64,000 nucleotides of DNA from Coxiellaceae bacterium. Lineage in GTDB: Bacteria; Pseudomonadota; Gammaproteobacteria; UBA9339. Positions within the stretch are counted from its first letter, which is position 1; every line of letters begins with the position of its first letter. The DNA lies in assembly GCA_031263815.1 (NCBI GenBank), contig JAISFD010000022.1:5320-69319 (forward strand), read 5' to 3'. Below the pieces are notes generated by a model. It did no database searches, was not told the origin of the DNA, and was given only the letters and a program-made list of their open reading frames with translations. Below, in pieces: positions 51,373 through 61,234 of the stretch. The translations under genes and the position numbers were made by a program.

Positions 51373-51720
51373 ATGCCAAGAGTAAAGCGGGGAGTTACAG
51401 CAAAAGCTCGTCATAAAAAAGTTTTAAAAAAAGCTAAAGGTTATTACGGCGCACGCAGTCGAGTCTTTCGGGTTGCAAAACAAGCAGTGATTAAAGCTGG
51501 ACAATATGCTTATCAGGGGCGCAAACAAAAAAAGCGTCAATTTCGCTCACTATGGATAGTTAGAATTAATGCTGCAGCTCGGTCTTACGGTTTATCATAT
51601 AGCAAATTCATGGCTAGTTTAAAACGGGCAAAGATTGAGATCGACCGTAAGATTCTGGCTGATATTGCAGTCCATGATAAAAAAATTTTTGCTGCAATTG
51701 TAGAAAAAATTAATCATTAA
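51373..51720 (+). CDS. rplT: 50S ribosomal protein L20
   Basis: [19 protein letters not shown] is canonical L20. Confidence 0.97.
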   Translation: MPRVKRGVTAKARHKKVLKKAKGYYGARSRVFRVAKQAVIKAGQYAYQGRKQKKRQFRSLWIVRINAAARSYGLSYSKFMASLKRAKIEIDRKILADIAVHDKKIFAAIVEKINH

Positions 51721-51771
51721 ATAAGCAAATAAGTAGGGTATTTTTTACTTAGAGAAATTGTAAAAAATAGT

Positions 51772-52773
51772 ATGAAATTATCTTTAGCTAATACCGAACA
51801 ACTTCTTAGTGAGGCGGCCGACGCCATTAAGAGCGCTTCTGACCTCCGTGCACTTGAGCTAATTAAAAGTACTTACCTAGGTAAAAAAGGCAAATTAACT
51901 AATCTCTTGCGGCAATTAGTAACTTTAGATAAATCCATACGTCCTAAAATTGGGCAAGAAATAAACTCAGTTAAAGAAAAAATAATTGATCTAATTGAAA
52001 AACAAACCCAAAGTTTAAAAGTAGCCAATATAGAAAAAAATCTCCACCAAGAAGCCATCGATGTGACTTTGCCACCACGTGGACAAGAATTAGGATCAAT
52101 CCATCCAGTTACAAGAGTACAACACATTCTTGAGGATATTTTTACTAATATGGGTTTTATAATTCTTGAGGGACCAGAAATTGAAAGTGAATTTTATAAT
52201 TTCACAGCACTAAATATCCCTTTATATCATCCAGCACGTACTGCTCATGATACTTTTTACTTTGAGAGTGGTATGATGTTACGTTCTCAAACCTCTCCGG
52301 TACAAATTCGTGCTATGCAAATGATATCTCCACCATTACGCATTATTTGTCCAGGTAAGGTATATCGCCGTGACAATGATGCTACCCACTCACCTATGTT
52401 TCATCAGTTAGAAGTATTGATAGTTGATGAAAATCTAAGTCTGGCCAACTTAAAGTGGCTAATAAGTAAATTTATTAAATGTTTTTTTAGACGGGATGTT
52501 GAATACCGTTTTCGGCCTTCTTATTTTCCCTTTACTGAACCTAGCGCTGAAGTTGATATCAAATGGAAGATTAATAATTCATGGCGTTGGTTAGAGCTTG
52601 GTGGATGTGGAGTAGTACATCCCAATGTTTTACAAACGATTGATATTGATCCTAAACAATTTAAGGGGCTTGCTTTTGGCTTTGGTATTGACCGCTTGGC
52701 AATGAGTTACTATGGCATCGAAGATATTAGAATGTTATTTGAAAGTGATTTGCAATTTTTAGAACAATTCTAA
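51772..52773 (+). CDS. pheS: Phenylalanine--tRNA ligase alpha subunit
   Basis: Class II motifs (HPVT, FRPSYFPFTEPSAEVD, GFGIDRLAM). Confidence 0.97.
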   Translation: MKLSLANTEQLLSEAADAIKSASDLRALELIKSTYLGKKGKLTNLLRQLVTLDKSIRPKIGQEINSVKEKIIDLIEKQTQSLKVANIEKNLHQEAIDVTLPPRGQELGSIHPVTRVQHILEDIFTNMGFIILEGPEIESEFYNFTALNIPLYHPARTAHDTFYFESGMMLRSQTSPVQIRAMQMISPPLRIICPGKVYRRDNDATHSPMFHQLEVLIVDENLSLANLKWLISKFIKCFFRRDVEYRFRPSYFPFTEPSAEVDIKWKINNSWRWLELGGCGVVHPNVLQTIDIDPKQFKGLAFGFGIDRLAMSYYGIEDIRMLFESDLQFLEQF

Positions 52774-52787
52774 CAAACTATCAAATT

Positions 52788-55166
52788 ATGAAATATAGTA
52801 AGCTTTGGTTACAAGAACTAACAAATCTTAGCATTAGTACTGAAAAACTAACTGAACAATTGACTATGGCCGGTTTAGAGGTTAGTACTATTGAACCTGT
52901 AGCTCCTAAATTTCATGGGGTCGTTATAGGAGAAATATTAGAAGTTACACAACATCTTAATGCTGATAAACTTACGATCTGTAGAGTTAATGTTGGTGCC
53001 AAAGAAACTCTTAATATAGTTTGTGGTGCTCCAAATGTTAAGCCCAATTTAAAAGTGCCAGTAGCTTTGATTGGAGCAGAATTACCAAATAATTTCAAAA
53101 TAAAGACAGCTAAACTGCGTGGAATAGACTCATCAGGTATGTTGTGTTCAGCAGTTGAGTTAGGCTTATCTACGAATGCTTTTGGAATACTTGAATTGCC
53201 AAATACTGCACCTATTGGTACCGATATCCGCGAATATTTGTTACTTGATGATGAGATACTTGAAATTGATCTTACTGCCAACCGCGGTGACTGTTTAAGT
53301 ATGCTGGGTATAGCTCGAGAGATAGCGACGATAAATCGCACTAAATTACCACAGTTAACAGTTAAGCAACAGGAACAAAGTAAAGATACTTTTCCTGTTA
53401 AGATATTGGCTGAAGATAGTTGTCCACACTATGTTAGTCGGATTATTCGAGGAATAAATAATAAAGTTAGTACACCAAACTGGATGCAAGAACGTCTACG
53501 ACGTCTTGGGTTAAACCTCATCAACTTCATAGTTGATGTAACTAATTATACCATGCTTGAACTCGGCCAACCTTTACATGCTTTTGATTTGGCAACTATA
53601 GATAAGCATGTTGAAGTTAGATATGCCAACGCTGGTGAAAATATAGATCTCTTGAATGGACGTAAAATAGAACTAAATAATAACATTCTAGTTATTGCTG
53701 ACAATCATAAACCTCTTGCTATAGGTGGAGTCATGGGCGGAGATAATACCAAAGTATCCATAGCTACCACTGATATTTTCTTAGAAAGTGCTTTTTTTAT
53801 TCCAGAAAAAATCGCACTTACCTCCCGTTTCTATAATCTATCAACAGATGCTTCCTATAGGTATGAGAGAGGGGTGGATTATACTTTACAAATGCAAGCC
53901 TTGGAACGTGCAACATCGTTAATTATTGCAATTGCTGGAGGAAAACCTGGAACAGTCTCAGAAATAACTTCACAGAAATATTTACCAAAGTTTTCTAATA
54001 TTATTTTACGCTGGCACAGCGTAAAAAATATTATTGGTATCACTATCCCAGATAAAGATATAGAGGATATTTTAATACATTTAGGGATAACTATCGGATC
54101 AATTACGGATGGTTGGCAAGTTACAATTCCGAGTTTTAGATTTGATTTGAAAATTGAAGAGGATTTAATTGAGGAGATAGCAAGAGTTTACGGCTATCAT
54201 CTTATTCCGGAACAAAAGATAGTAACTTCTTTACATAATCCTAGAGTAGAAAATATAGATTTGAGTTATAAAAAACGTTTATTTACTCTAATGGGGGATC
54301 TTGGGTATCATGAAGTAATCACTTACAGTTTTGTTGATGAAAAGTTTCAAAAAATATTAAATAGAGATGTTGCATCTTTACCTTTAGCTAATCCACTCTC
54401 AAACGAACAATCGGTAATGCGTACTACATTATGGCCAGGTTTACTTAATGCAGTTAAACATAATATTGAGCGTCAGAAGCAAAGAGTAAGACTCTTCGAA
54501 ATTGGTTTAAAATTTTTGCAACACAATGATAAATTAGAACAAATACCTGCTATCGCTGGAGTAACCTACGGTAATTTATATCCTGAGCAATGGGGAATAA
54601 AACAAAATGAACAAGCAGATTTTTTTGATATGAAAAATGATGTTATGAGAATCTTAGACATTTTTGTACATAAAAATATCGAATATCTACCTAAAAAGCA
54701 TATTACGCTTCATCCTAAACGTTCAGCCGAGATTTGTGTTGATGGGGAAACTATAGGTCTTATTGGCGAATTACATCCAACAATTAAACAATACTTGAAA
54801 ATAGATAAAAACATCTGCCTATTTGAGATAAATTTATACAATATAATTAAAAAGTTAAAATATACTTTTAAAGTGTTTTCTAAGTTCCCATGCATACAGC
54901 GAGATATCGCTATTATAGTTGATAAAAAAATCCAATGGATTGAGATTAAAAAGAAAATAGTAGACATTTCAGCTGAATTACTCCAAGATGTTATTTTATT
55001 TGATATCTATTGTAGTAAAAACATTGGGTTAGATAAACGCAGCATGGCAATTCGTATGGTTTTTCAAAGTGTTAATCGTACTTTAATTGATTCAGAAGTT
55101 GATTTATTGATAAACCAAATAGTTTTGGTTTTAAAGCAAACTTTTGGGGCAAGTTTAAGAGGATAA
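52788..55166 (+). CDS. pheT: Phenylalanine--tRNA ligase beta subunit
   Basis: 792 aa with an N-terminal tRNA-binding OB domain, B3/4 and B5 regions, and a C-terminal FDX-ACB domain. Follows pheS. Confidence 0.97.
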   Translation: MKYSKLWLQELTNLSISTEKLTEQLTMAGLEVSTIEPVAPKFHGVVIGEILEVTQHLNADKLTICRVNVGAKETLNIVCGAPNVKPNLKVPVALIGAELPNNFKIKTAKLRGIDSSGMLCSAVELGLSTNAFGILELPNTAPIGTDIREYLLLDDEILEIDLTANRGDCLSMLGIAREIATINRTKLPQLTVKQQEQSKDTFPVKILAEDSCPHYVSRIIRGINNKVSTPNWMQERLRRLGLNLINFIVDVTNYTMLELGQPLHAFDLATIDKHVEVRYANAGENIDLLNGRKIELNNNILVIADNHKPLAIGGVMGGDNTKVSIATTDIFLESAFFIPEKIALTSRFYNLSTDASYRYERGVDYTLQMQALERATSLIIAIAGGKPGTVSEITSQKYLPKFSNIILRWHSVKNIIGITIPDKDIEDILIHLGITIGSITDGWQVTIPSFRFDLKIEEDLIEEIARVYGYHLIPEQKIVTSLHNPRVENIDLSYKKRLFTLMGDLGYHEVITYSFVDEKFQKILNRDVASLPLANPLSNEQSVMRTTLWPGLLNAVKHNIERQKQRVRLFEIGLKFLQHNDKLEQIPAIAGVTYGNLYPEQWGIKQNEQADFFDMKNDVMRILDIFVHKNIEYLPKKHITLHPKRSAEICVDGETIGLIGELHPTIKQYLKIDKNICLFEINLYNIIKKLKYTFKVFSKFPCIQRDIAIIVDKKIQWIEIKKKIVDISAELLQDVILFDIYCSKNIGLDKRSMAIRMVFQSVNRTLIDSEVDLLINQIVLVLKQTFGASLRG

Positions 55167-55170
55167 TTTT

Positions 55171-55512
55171 ATGGCTTTAACAAAAGCTGAGTTAGCGGAA
55201 AATCTTTTCCAAGTATTAGGTATTAACAAACGGGAAGCTAAGGATTTAGTGGAAATATTTTTCGAAGAGATTCGTTCTTTACTTGAACAGGGTCATCAAA
55301 TTCGTTTATCCGGTTTTGGTAATTTTAATTTGCGTGACAAAAAAGAGCGTCCAGGTAGAAATCCTAAAACAGGGAAAGATGTTGCTATCACCGCGAGAAG
55401 AGTTGTTACTTTCCGAGCTGGTCAGAAATTAAAAGCTAGAGTTGAAAAGTATGCAGAAACAAAACCCGATATTGGATCAGCTCCAGCCCAAGTGGCAGAA
55501 GTTGGACCGTAA
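55171..55512 (+). CDS. ihfA: Integration host factor alpha subunit
   Basis: [13 protein letters not shown]...[24 protein letters not shown] is canonical IHF-alpha. Follows pheT. Confidence 0.95.
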   Translation: MALTKAELAENLFQVLGINKREAKDLVEIFFEEIRSLLEQGHQIRLSGFGNFNLRDKKERPGRNPKTGKDVAITARRVVTFRAGQKLKARVEKYAETKPDIGSAPAQVAEVGP

Positions 55513-55858
55513 CAGCAATAAGAAAAATCTACAACATTTGCCTCAAATCCCAAATAAATTATATTTCTCCATTGGAGAAGTAAGTGATCTGTGTTTAGTT
55601 AAACCTTATGTTTTACGTTACTGGGAACAAGAATTCCCACAACTTAATCCCACCAAAAGACGTGGCAAAAGACGTTATTATCAACGTAATGAAATAATTT
55701 TAATTAGACACATTAAGAGTTTATTATATGAACAAGGGTTTACTATTGCAGGAGCAAGAAATAAATTAAATGATGAAAAACCTTCCTCTAAACAGCTGAC
55801 CCCATTTATAAAAAACACCATATCTCAATTGAAAAAAATATTAACCGAATTGGAATAA
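55451..55858 (+). CDS. MerR-family transcriptional regulator (start uncertain)
   Basis: MerR-type w[43 protein letters not shown]. It overlaps the 3-prime end of ihfA in another frame. Confidence 0.75.
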   Translation: MQKQNPILDQLQPKWQKLDRNSNKKNLQHLPQIPNKLYFSIGEVSDLCLVKPYVLRYWEQEFPQLNPTKRRGKRRYYQRNEIILIRHIKSLLYEQGFTIAGARNKLNDEKPSSKQLTPFIKNTISQLKKILTELE

Positions 55859-55869
55859 ATTTAGAATTA

Positions 55870-55946
55870 CGGGGCGTAGCGCAGCCTGGTAGCGTACTTG
55901 CATGGGGTGCAAGTGGTCGTCGGTTCAAATCCGACCGTCCCGACCA
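55870..55946 (+). tRNA. tRNA-Pro (anticodon GGG), CCA encoded
   Basis: CGGGGCGTAGCGCAGCCTGGTAGCGTACTTGCATGGGGTGCAAGTGGTCGTCGGTTCAAATCCGACCGTCCCGACCA. The anticodon loop is ATGGGGT. Confidence 0.95.
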
Positions 55947-56019
55947 TCTTACTTAAGTTGCAATAATGCGGAAAGTGTTTAAGATATAACTCAATCATTC
56001 CAAGATCCAATGGATAAAT

Positions 56020-56520
56020 ATGCAAATATTCTTTTTAATTTTGGGATTGTTGGTGGTATCAACTACTTTTGCTGTTTGTCCTATTTGTACCATTGCAGTG
56101 GGTGCAGGAGTTGGATTAGCTCAGTATCTAAGTATTGATGATGTCATCAGCGGACTTTGGATCGGCGGTATTATTGTTTCTCTAATCATGCTAACTAAAA
56201 CTATATGTGACAAAAAAAACTTCCAATTCCATGGGTATACAATTGTTATTACTATACTCTATTACATAATTATAATTGTTCCTCTATATTTTAGCGGCAT
56301 CATTGGTCATGATTTAAATAAGTGGTGTGGGATAGATAAGATTGTTTTAGGAATTGTCATAGGGAGTGGAACTTTCTTGCTTGGGACAGTAAGTTATAAA
56401 CAGTTAAAAAAAAGAAATAACAATAAAGTATATTTCCCATTTCAAAAAGTGGTAATGCCAATAGCACCATTAATCATTTTAAGTATTCTATTTTATGTAA
56501 TAACCAAATTATGTCCGTAA
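56020..56520 (+). CDS. Hypothetical polytopic membrane protein with an intramembrane CPIC motif
   Basis: 166 aa with ~5 hydrophobic segments. CPICTIAVGAG lies in the first segment. No family recognised. Coding status rests on ORF length and tight spacing to the next ORF. Confidence 0.5.
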   Translation: MQIFFLILGLLVVSTTFAVCPICTIAVGAGVGLAQYLSIDDVISGLWIGGIIVSLIMLTKTICDKKNFQFHGYTIVITILYYIIIIVPLYFSGIIGHDLNKWCGIDKIVLGIVIGSGTFLLGTVSYKQLKKRNNNKVYFPFQKVVMPIAPLIILSILFYVITKLCP

Positions 56521-56526
56521 CTACCC

Positions 56527-57063
56527 ATGGATAACGCAAAAACTATTAAAGAGATTGATGCTTTAATTAGCAAATATGATGCTATGAAAAAACGGGAAAA
56601 GATGGATTTATCATCCGACCAAGATTTAACCATAGCAATAATGAATTTAGTAAGTATTGAAGAACATTTTTTCTTTACTGGTGCTAAAACCGGAAAAAAT
56701 GAATATTTTGACCTAATTAAAGAGGTACGTAATATTCGCAAAGAATTGTTAAAAAAAATTATCACTGAATATGAAGGCGAAGTTTGGTGTATTTCTAAAC
56801 ATTTGTTAGCTGCTAGCTATCGTTTGATGGAAGTGGGTATAAAACAACTAGAGCTAGAAAAGAAACAAGAAGCATACGATTTTTTTACTAAAGCTTACAA
56901 TTTATATTCGCTATTCTGGGGATTAATTATGAAAATAATTCCAGTTAATGATCTTAAAAAAATTGATGAGAAAGATTTAAATAGACAAGATCAACTTAAT
57001 ACCGGCATTATGGCCAAATTCAGTGAAATGGTACAAAAAATAATTGACTGCTGTATTGAATAA
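56527..57063 (+). CDS. Hypothetical soluble helical protein
   Basis: 178 aa, starting 6 nt after the preceding ORF. Charged and helical, ending in DCCIE. No family recognised. Confidence 0.5.
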   Translation: MDNAKTIKEIDALISKYDAMKKREKMDLSSDQDLTIAIMNLVSIEEHFFFTGAKTGKNEYFDLIKEVRNIRKELLKKIITEYEGEVWCISKHLLAASYRLMEVGIKQLELEKKQEAYDFFTKAYNLYSLFWGLIMKIIPVNDLKKIDEKDLNRQDQLNTGIMAKFSEMVQKIIDCCIE

Positions 57064-57066
57064 TAC

Positions 57067-57246
57067 ATGGTTATAAATCCCAAAATACTAGATGTTATAG
57101 CGTGTCCTATCTGTAAAGGTAAATTGCATTATGATAAAAATGCCTGACTTTTGATTTGCAAATTTCATCATTTAGCATTTCCTATTAAAAATGGAGTGCC
57201 TATAATGTTAGTAGATAAAACTAAACCTATGAAAACCGAACATTAG
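57067..57246 (+). pseudogene. ycaR: Trm112/YcaR-family (UPF0434) small zinc-ribbon gene with an in-frame TGA
   Basis: MVINPKILDVIACPICKGKLHYDKNA-TGA-LLICKFHHLAFPIKNGVPIMLVDK parallels E. coli YcaR (LLEIIACPVCNGKL...ELICK...LAFPLRDGIPVLL). The TGA is at 57145-57147 (codon 27). Confidence 0.75.
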
Positions 57247-57323
57247 GATGTTTTGGCCGGATACAGATCACCATGGACGGTTGACTAGAGCTTACAATAT
57301 TGAGAAGTAAACTTTAGGAACAA

Positions 57324-57414
57324 GGAGAAGTACCGAAGTGGTCACAACGGGGCCGACTCGAAATCGGCTGAGAGCCTTTAAAGTTCTCCGTGGGTTCGAA
57401 TCCCACCTTCTCCG
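57324..57414 (+). tRNA. tRNA-Ser (anticodon CGA), long variable arm, CCA not encoded
   Basis: GGAGAAGTACCGAAGTGGTCACAACGGGGCCGACTCGAAATCGGCTGAGAGCCTTTAAAGTTCTCCGTGGGTTCGAATCCCACCTTCTCCG. The anticodon loop is CTCGAAA. It is followed by TCA rather than CCA. Confidence 0.92.
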
Positions 57415-57450
57415 TCAAATTTTTATTACGTAGTATGAATTAAGACAAAA

Positions 57451-57993
57451 TTATGGCAATGGTTGCTGATTTTTTAAATACTTTGCCATATATAGTGACT
57501 GCAAAATTCCAAATATTACTGTACCACCAAGAGCACCAAACAATTTAAAATTTACCCAAATATCGGTATTAAAATAATAGGCCACGTAAAGATTGATGCC
57601 ACCCATTAAAACAAAAAATATTACCCAACTTAAATTTAACTGTTTCCAAACGTTTTTAGGTAGAGTGATTTTACTACCCATGAGACGTTCCACCAATAAT
57701 TTATTTCCTATCATTTGTGATCCTAAGAAAAGTAGTGCAAAAACCCAATAGATTGCTGTTGGTTTCCATTTGATAAACATTTCATTATGGGACAGTAATG
57801 TTGCAGCACCAAGAATTAATACTAAAACTAAGGTGATCATATGAATGAATTCAATTCTTCTATGTTTTAGCCAGAAAATCCCTGTTTGAAGTAAGGAAGC
57901 AATAACTATTACTATGGTAGCAATATAAATGCCATATAATTTATAACTTATAAAAAACAATACCATAGGGAGAAAGTCAAATAATAATTTCAT
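57451..57993 (-). CDS. yciB: Intracellular septation protein YciB (IspZ)
   Basis: MKLLFDFLPMVLFFISYK N-terminus and five TM segments, typical of YciB. Confidence 0.85.
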   Translation of the reverse strand: MKLLFDFLPMVLFFISYKLYGIYIATIVIVIASLLQTGIFWLKHRRIEFIHMITLVLVLILGAATLLSHNEMFIKWKPTAIYWVFALLFLGSQMIGNKLLVERLMGSKITLPKNVWKQLNLSWVIFFVLMGGINLYVAYYFNTDIWVNFKLFGALGGTVIFGILQSLYMAKYLKNQQPLP

Positions 57994-58145
57994 AATTTTT
58001 GAATTATAGATATTAGTCTTATATTAAGCAAGTATGTATCTTCTAATAATATTTTTTAACCTTGTAATAGTTAATTTTATCTATAGAATGTCAAAAATAA
58101 ACGAAATTTGATATATGGCTAGTACCTGGCGTATATACAATTCAA

Positions 58146-58958
58146 ATGAATATAAAAGCAACAGAAACCACTAAACAACCACAAGTATACGTTTTAGGTC
58201 AACCACTTCATGACTTACCTAAAGATCTTTATATTCCACCTAACGCTCTAGAGATCATTTTAGAAGCTTTTACAGGGCCATTAGATCTCTTACTCTATCT
58301 AATTAAAAAAGAAAATATCGATATTTTAGATATCCCAATTGCTCAAGTAACCGCCCAGTATATGGAATATGTCGAACTAATGAAGAATATACATTTGGAG
58401 CTTGCCGCAGAGTATTTAGTAATGGCAGCGATGTTAGCTGAAATTAAATCCAAGATGTTATTACCAAAACCAATTAATCCTGCGATTGATGAAGAAGATC
58501 CTCGTGCAGAGTTAGTAAGAAAATTACGTGAGTATGAACAATTCAAAAAAGCTGCTGAAGATATCGAATTTTTACCCAGGATGCGTCGTGAAATATTTCC
58601 AGTTGCTATTGTTTTCCCTGAGGTAAAATCAGTTATTCGTCCGTTACCAAAATTTGATATACAAGATCTATTGATAGCTTTCAAAGATGTTTACATGCGT
58701 GCTAATATGTATATGCATCATCACATAAATAGAGAATGGTTGTCGATTAGAGAGCGCATGACCCAAATTTTATCTGACTTAAATAGTCTACAGTTTGTAA
58801 GTTTTGAAAATATGTTTAAAGTAGAAGAGGGGCGTTTAGGTATAATTATTACTTTCATTGCGATTTTAGAATTATTGCATCAAAATCTAATTGAGATAGT
58901 TCAGACCGAAATTTATGGTTCTATTTATTTAAAAGTAATTACAGAGAATAAAAGTTAA
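58146..58958 (+). CDS. scpA: Segregation and condensation protein A (kleisin)
   Basis: FTGPLDLLLYLIKKENIDILDIPIAQVTAQY is the ScpA signature region. Confidence 0.85.
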   Translation: MNIKATETTKQPQVYVLGQPLHDLPKDLYIPPNALEIILEAFTGPLDLLLYLIKKENIDILDIPIAQVTAQYMEYVELMKNIHLELAAEYLVMAAMLAEIKSKMLLPKPINPAIDEEDPRAELVRKLREYEQFKKAAEDIEFLPRMRREIFPVAIVFPEVKSVIRPLPKFDIQDLLIAFKDVYMRANMYMHHHINREWLSIRERMTQILSDLNSLQFVSFENMFKVEEGRLGIIITFIAILELLHQNLIEIVQTEIYGSIYLKVITENKS

Positions 58959-58959
58959 T

Positions 58960-59478
58960 ATGCAAGGTGTCAGTACTAAACAAATAGTTGAAGCATTGAT
59001 TATGGCTTCAGAAGAACCGCTAAGCATAGAAAAATTACATAGGATCTTTATTTCTAATAACAGTCCAATAGAAATCAGTGTATTACGTAATATTATTAAT
59101 GAATTATCTAATGATTATGCGAATGGTGGGATTGAACTAAAAAAGGTAGCTAGTGGTTGGCGTTTTCAAATTAGGCTTGATTTAAGTCCATGGGTTAGTA
59201 AATTATATGAAGAGCGTCCACCTCGATATTCCAAAGCTTTAATGGAAATTTTAGCATTAATTGCATATCGACAACCTATAACAAGGGTTGAAATTGAAAA
59301 TATACGTGGAATCGCAGTTAGTTCAAACATAATTAAAACATTACTTGAACATGAATGGGTAAAAATCGTTGGCCATAAAGAGGTTCCAGGACATCCTGCA
59401 TTGTTTGCTACAACAAAAAAATTTTTAGACTATTTTAACCTAAAGCATTTAGATGAATTACCTCCACTTAGATTCTGA
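58960..59478 (+). CDS. scpB: Segregation and condensation protein B
   Basis: IVEALIMASEEPLSIEKL and LEILALIAYRQPITRVEIENIRG winged-helix repeats. Follows scpA. Confidence 0.85.
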   Translation: MQGVSTKQIVEALIMASEEPLSIEKLHRIFISNNSPIEISVLRNIINELSNDYANGGIELKKVASGWRFQIRLDLSPWVSKLYEERPPRYSKALMEILALIAYRQPITRVEIENIRGIAVSSNIIKTLLEHEWVKIVGHKEVPGHPALFATTKKFLDYFNLKHLDELPPLRF

Positions 59479-59493
59479 TAATCAGAACTGTGC

Positions 59494-60243
59494 ATGATAA
59501 AAATAAAACACATTTTTGGATATCATACTGTAGTCTCTGCACTTTCCATTATGCCTAATGAGATACGTGGTATCTATTTACAAAGTAAACAATATAATAG
59601 AAAGGATCGAGAAATTATTGAACTTGCCGAAAAACACCACATATCTATCAGGTATTTATCTCGAAAAGAGATTGATACAATCGTACCACTGACCAGTCAT
59701 CAAGGGGTAGTAGCAGAAGTAGTTTATCCTGGTGATTATAACGAGGATCATCTCAAAACTATTTTAGAACAACATAAACTTGATGCATTTCTTTTGATTT
59801 TAGATGGTCTCCAAGATCCACATAACTTAGGAGCATGTTTACGTACAGCTAATGCTGCCGGCGTCCATGCCGTAATTGCTCCTAAAGATAAAGCTTGCGG
59901 TTTAACCCCAACAGTTTATAAAGTCGCATCGGGTGCAGTTGGTATAACTCCAATAATCCAGGTAACTAATTTAGTACGTACTATTCAATTTTTAAAAAAG
60001 CATAATATTTGGGTTTATGGTGCTACTGAAAATGCTGAACAATCTATTTATAAAATCGAGCTTAAACCTCCCTTAGCTTTAGTATTTGGAGCAGAAGGGC
60101 AAGGATTAAGACGATTAACAAGAGAAAATTGTGATGTCTTATTCAAAATTCCCATGCAAGGAACGGTTGCTAATTTAAATGTTTCGGTCGCTGTTGGGGT
60201 GGGACTTTTTGAGGTGGTACATAATAATTTAGATACTCTCTAA
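59494..60243 (+). CDS. rlmB: 23S rRNA (Gm2251) 2-prime-O-methyltransferase, SpoU/TrmH family
   Basis: SpoU motifs LDGLQDPHNLGACLRTA, ALVFGAEGQGL, and IPMQGTVANLNVSVA. Confidence 0.85.
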   Translation: MIKIKHIFGYHTVVSALSIMPNEIRGIYLQSKQYNRKDREIIELAEKHHISIRYLSRKEIDTIVPLTSHQGVVAEVVYPGDYNEDHLKTILEQHKLDAFLLILDGLQDPHNLGACLRTANAAGVHAVIAPKDKACGLTPTVYKVASGAVGITPIIQVTNLVRTIQFLKKHNIWVYGATENAEQSIYKIELKPPLALVFGAEGQGLRRLTRENCDVLFKIPMQGTVANLNVSVAVGVGLFEVVHNNLDTL

Positions 60244-60999
60244 ACTATTTTCTTCTTCCCTCTTAGTTAAAACTTCATATCCAGTTTCAGTAACAAGTAT
60301 TGTATGTTCCCATTGAGCAGACAATTTATTATCTTCGGTAACTACTGTCCAATTATCATCAAGTAATTTAGTACGATAAGTACCAACATTAATCATCGGT
60401 TCGATTGTAAAAATCATCCCAGGTTGTAATATTGTTCCCGTATTTTTTTCCCCATAATGTAGAACTTGAGGAGGTTCATGAAAAGCGCTCCCAATTCCAT
60501 GACCACAATATTCTCGTACCACAGAAAATTTATTTGCTTCTGCATGTTTTTGAATAATCGCTCCAATATTGCCTAAATGAGCACCAGGCTTTACCTCTCT
60601 AATCCCCAAATATAAACATTCCTGCGTAACTTTAACTAAACGTCTTGTTAAACTTGATGCTTTACCAACAATAAACATTTTACTTGTATCACCAAAGTAA
60701 CCGTTTTTTATAACAGTAATGTCTATATTTACAATATCACCACTTTTTAGTTTCTCTTTGCTTGGTATACCATGACAAACGATTTGGTTAACAGAAGTGC
60801 AAATAGATTTTGGAAATCCACGATAATTAAGTGTAGCAGGAATAGCATGTTGAACATTGGTTATATAATCATGGCAAATACGATTTAATTCTATAGTTGC
60901 AATCCCAGCTTTCATATGTGATTCAATCATTTCTAGTACTTCTGCTGCTAAACGAGAAGCTATTCTTATTTTTTGTATTTGCTCAGAAGACTTTATCAT
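60229..60999 (-). CDS. map: Type I methionine aminopeptidase
   Basis: VCHGIP, GDIVNIDIT, YCGHGIG and FTIEPM metal-site blocks. Upstream of and divergent from rpsB, as in E. coli. Confidence 0.95.
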   Translation of the reverse strand: MIKSSEQIQKIRIASRLAAEVLEMIESHMKAGIATIELNRICHDYITNVQHAIPATLNYRGFPKSICTSVNQIVCHGIPSKEKLKSGDIVNIDITVIKNGYFGDTSKMFIVGKASSLTRRLVKVTQECLYLGIREVKPGAHLGNIGAIIQKHAEANKFSVVREYCGHGIGSAFHEPPQVLHYGEKNTGTILQPGMIFTIEPMINVGTYRTKLLDDNWTVVTEDNKLSAQWEHTILVTETGYEVLTKREEENSLESI

Positions 61000-61234
61000 T
61001 ATAATATTTATAGTAACAGTTAGTTAGTCTTAAAATCTCAATTTATTCAAATAAATACAATATATTCTAGTTATAATTAACAGACAATTAGTAATTGTTC
61101 TTAAACTATGGTATAAAGCTTTACGCAATTTAGCAATAAAAATACTCACATATATCGTCACATAACTTTGGGTGCCGAAACAGTATATTTGGTTAGGTTA
61201 TGGGATATATGGAGGCTTAACCCGAGGAGAGAAA

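Noticed and set aside
52913-53341. Long antisense or out-of-frame ORFs embedded in well-supported genes. Examples: 78..371, 1245..1439, 5559..5759, 5689..5874, 6728..6949, 13595..13828, 15326..15517, 18184..18489, 19199..19537, 24670..24873, 26388..26576, 28004..28210, 28530..28757, 30387..30635, 33983..34168, 34296..34484, 39332..39610, 39713..39925, 41895..42089, 42331..42531, 45308..45535, 45746..46036, 46646..46831, 47754..47975, 51873..52127, 52913..53341, 54710..54967, 56493..56765, 58343..58684, 61543..61818, 61825..62064, 62157..62351 and 62242..62430.
   Set aside because: Each lies wholly or largely inside a gene whose product has unambiguous family motifs. Their translations are low-complexity or compositionally odd, with no recognisable motifs. 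They are shadow ORFs.
57145-57147. The possibility that TGA is a sense codon (genetic code 4), prompted by the in-frame TGA in ycaR and in the pyrH remnant.
   Set aside because: TGA terminates several genes at their expected full lengths in this window: rodZ at 5746-5748, the MCE gene at 22769-22771, ftsB at 35903-35905, nlpD at 47018-47020 and scpB at 59476-59478. Long genes show no internal TGAs.
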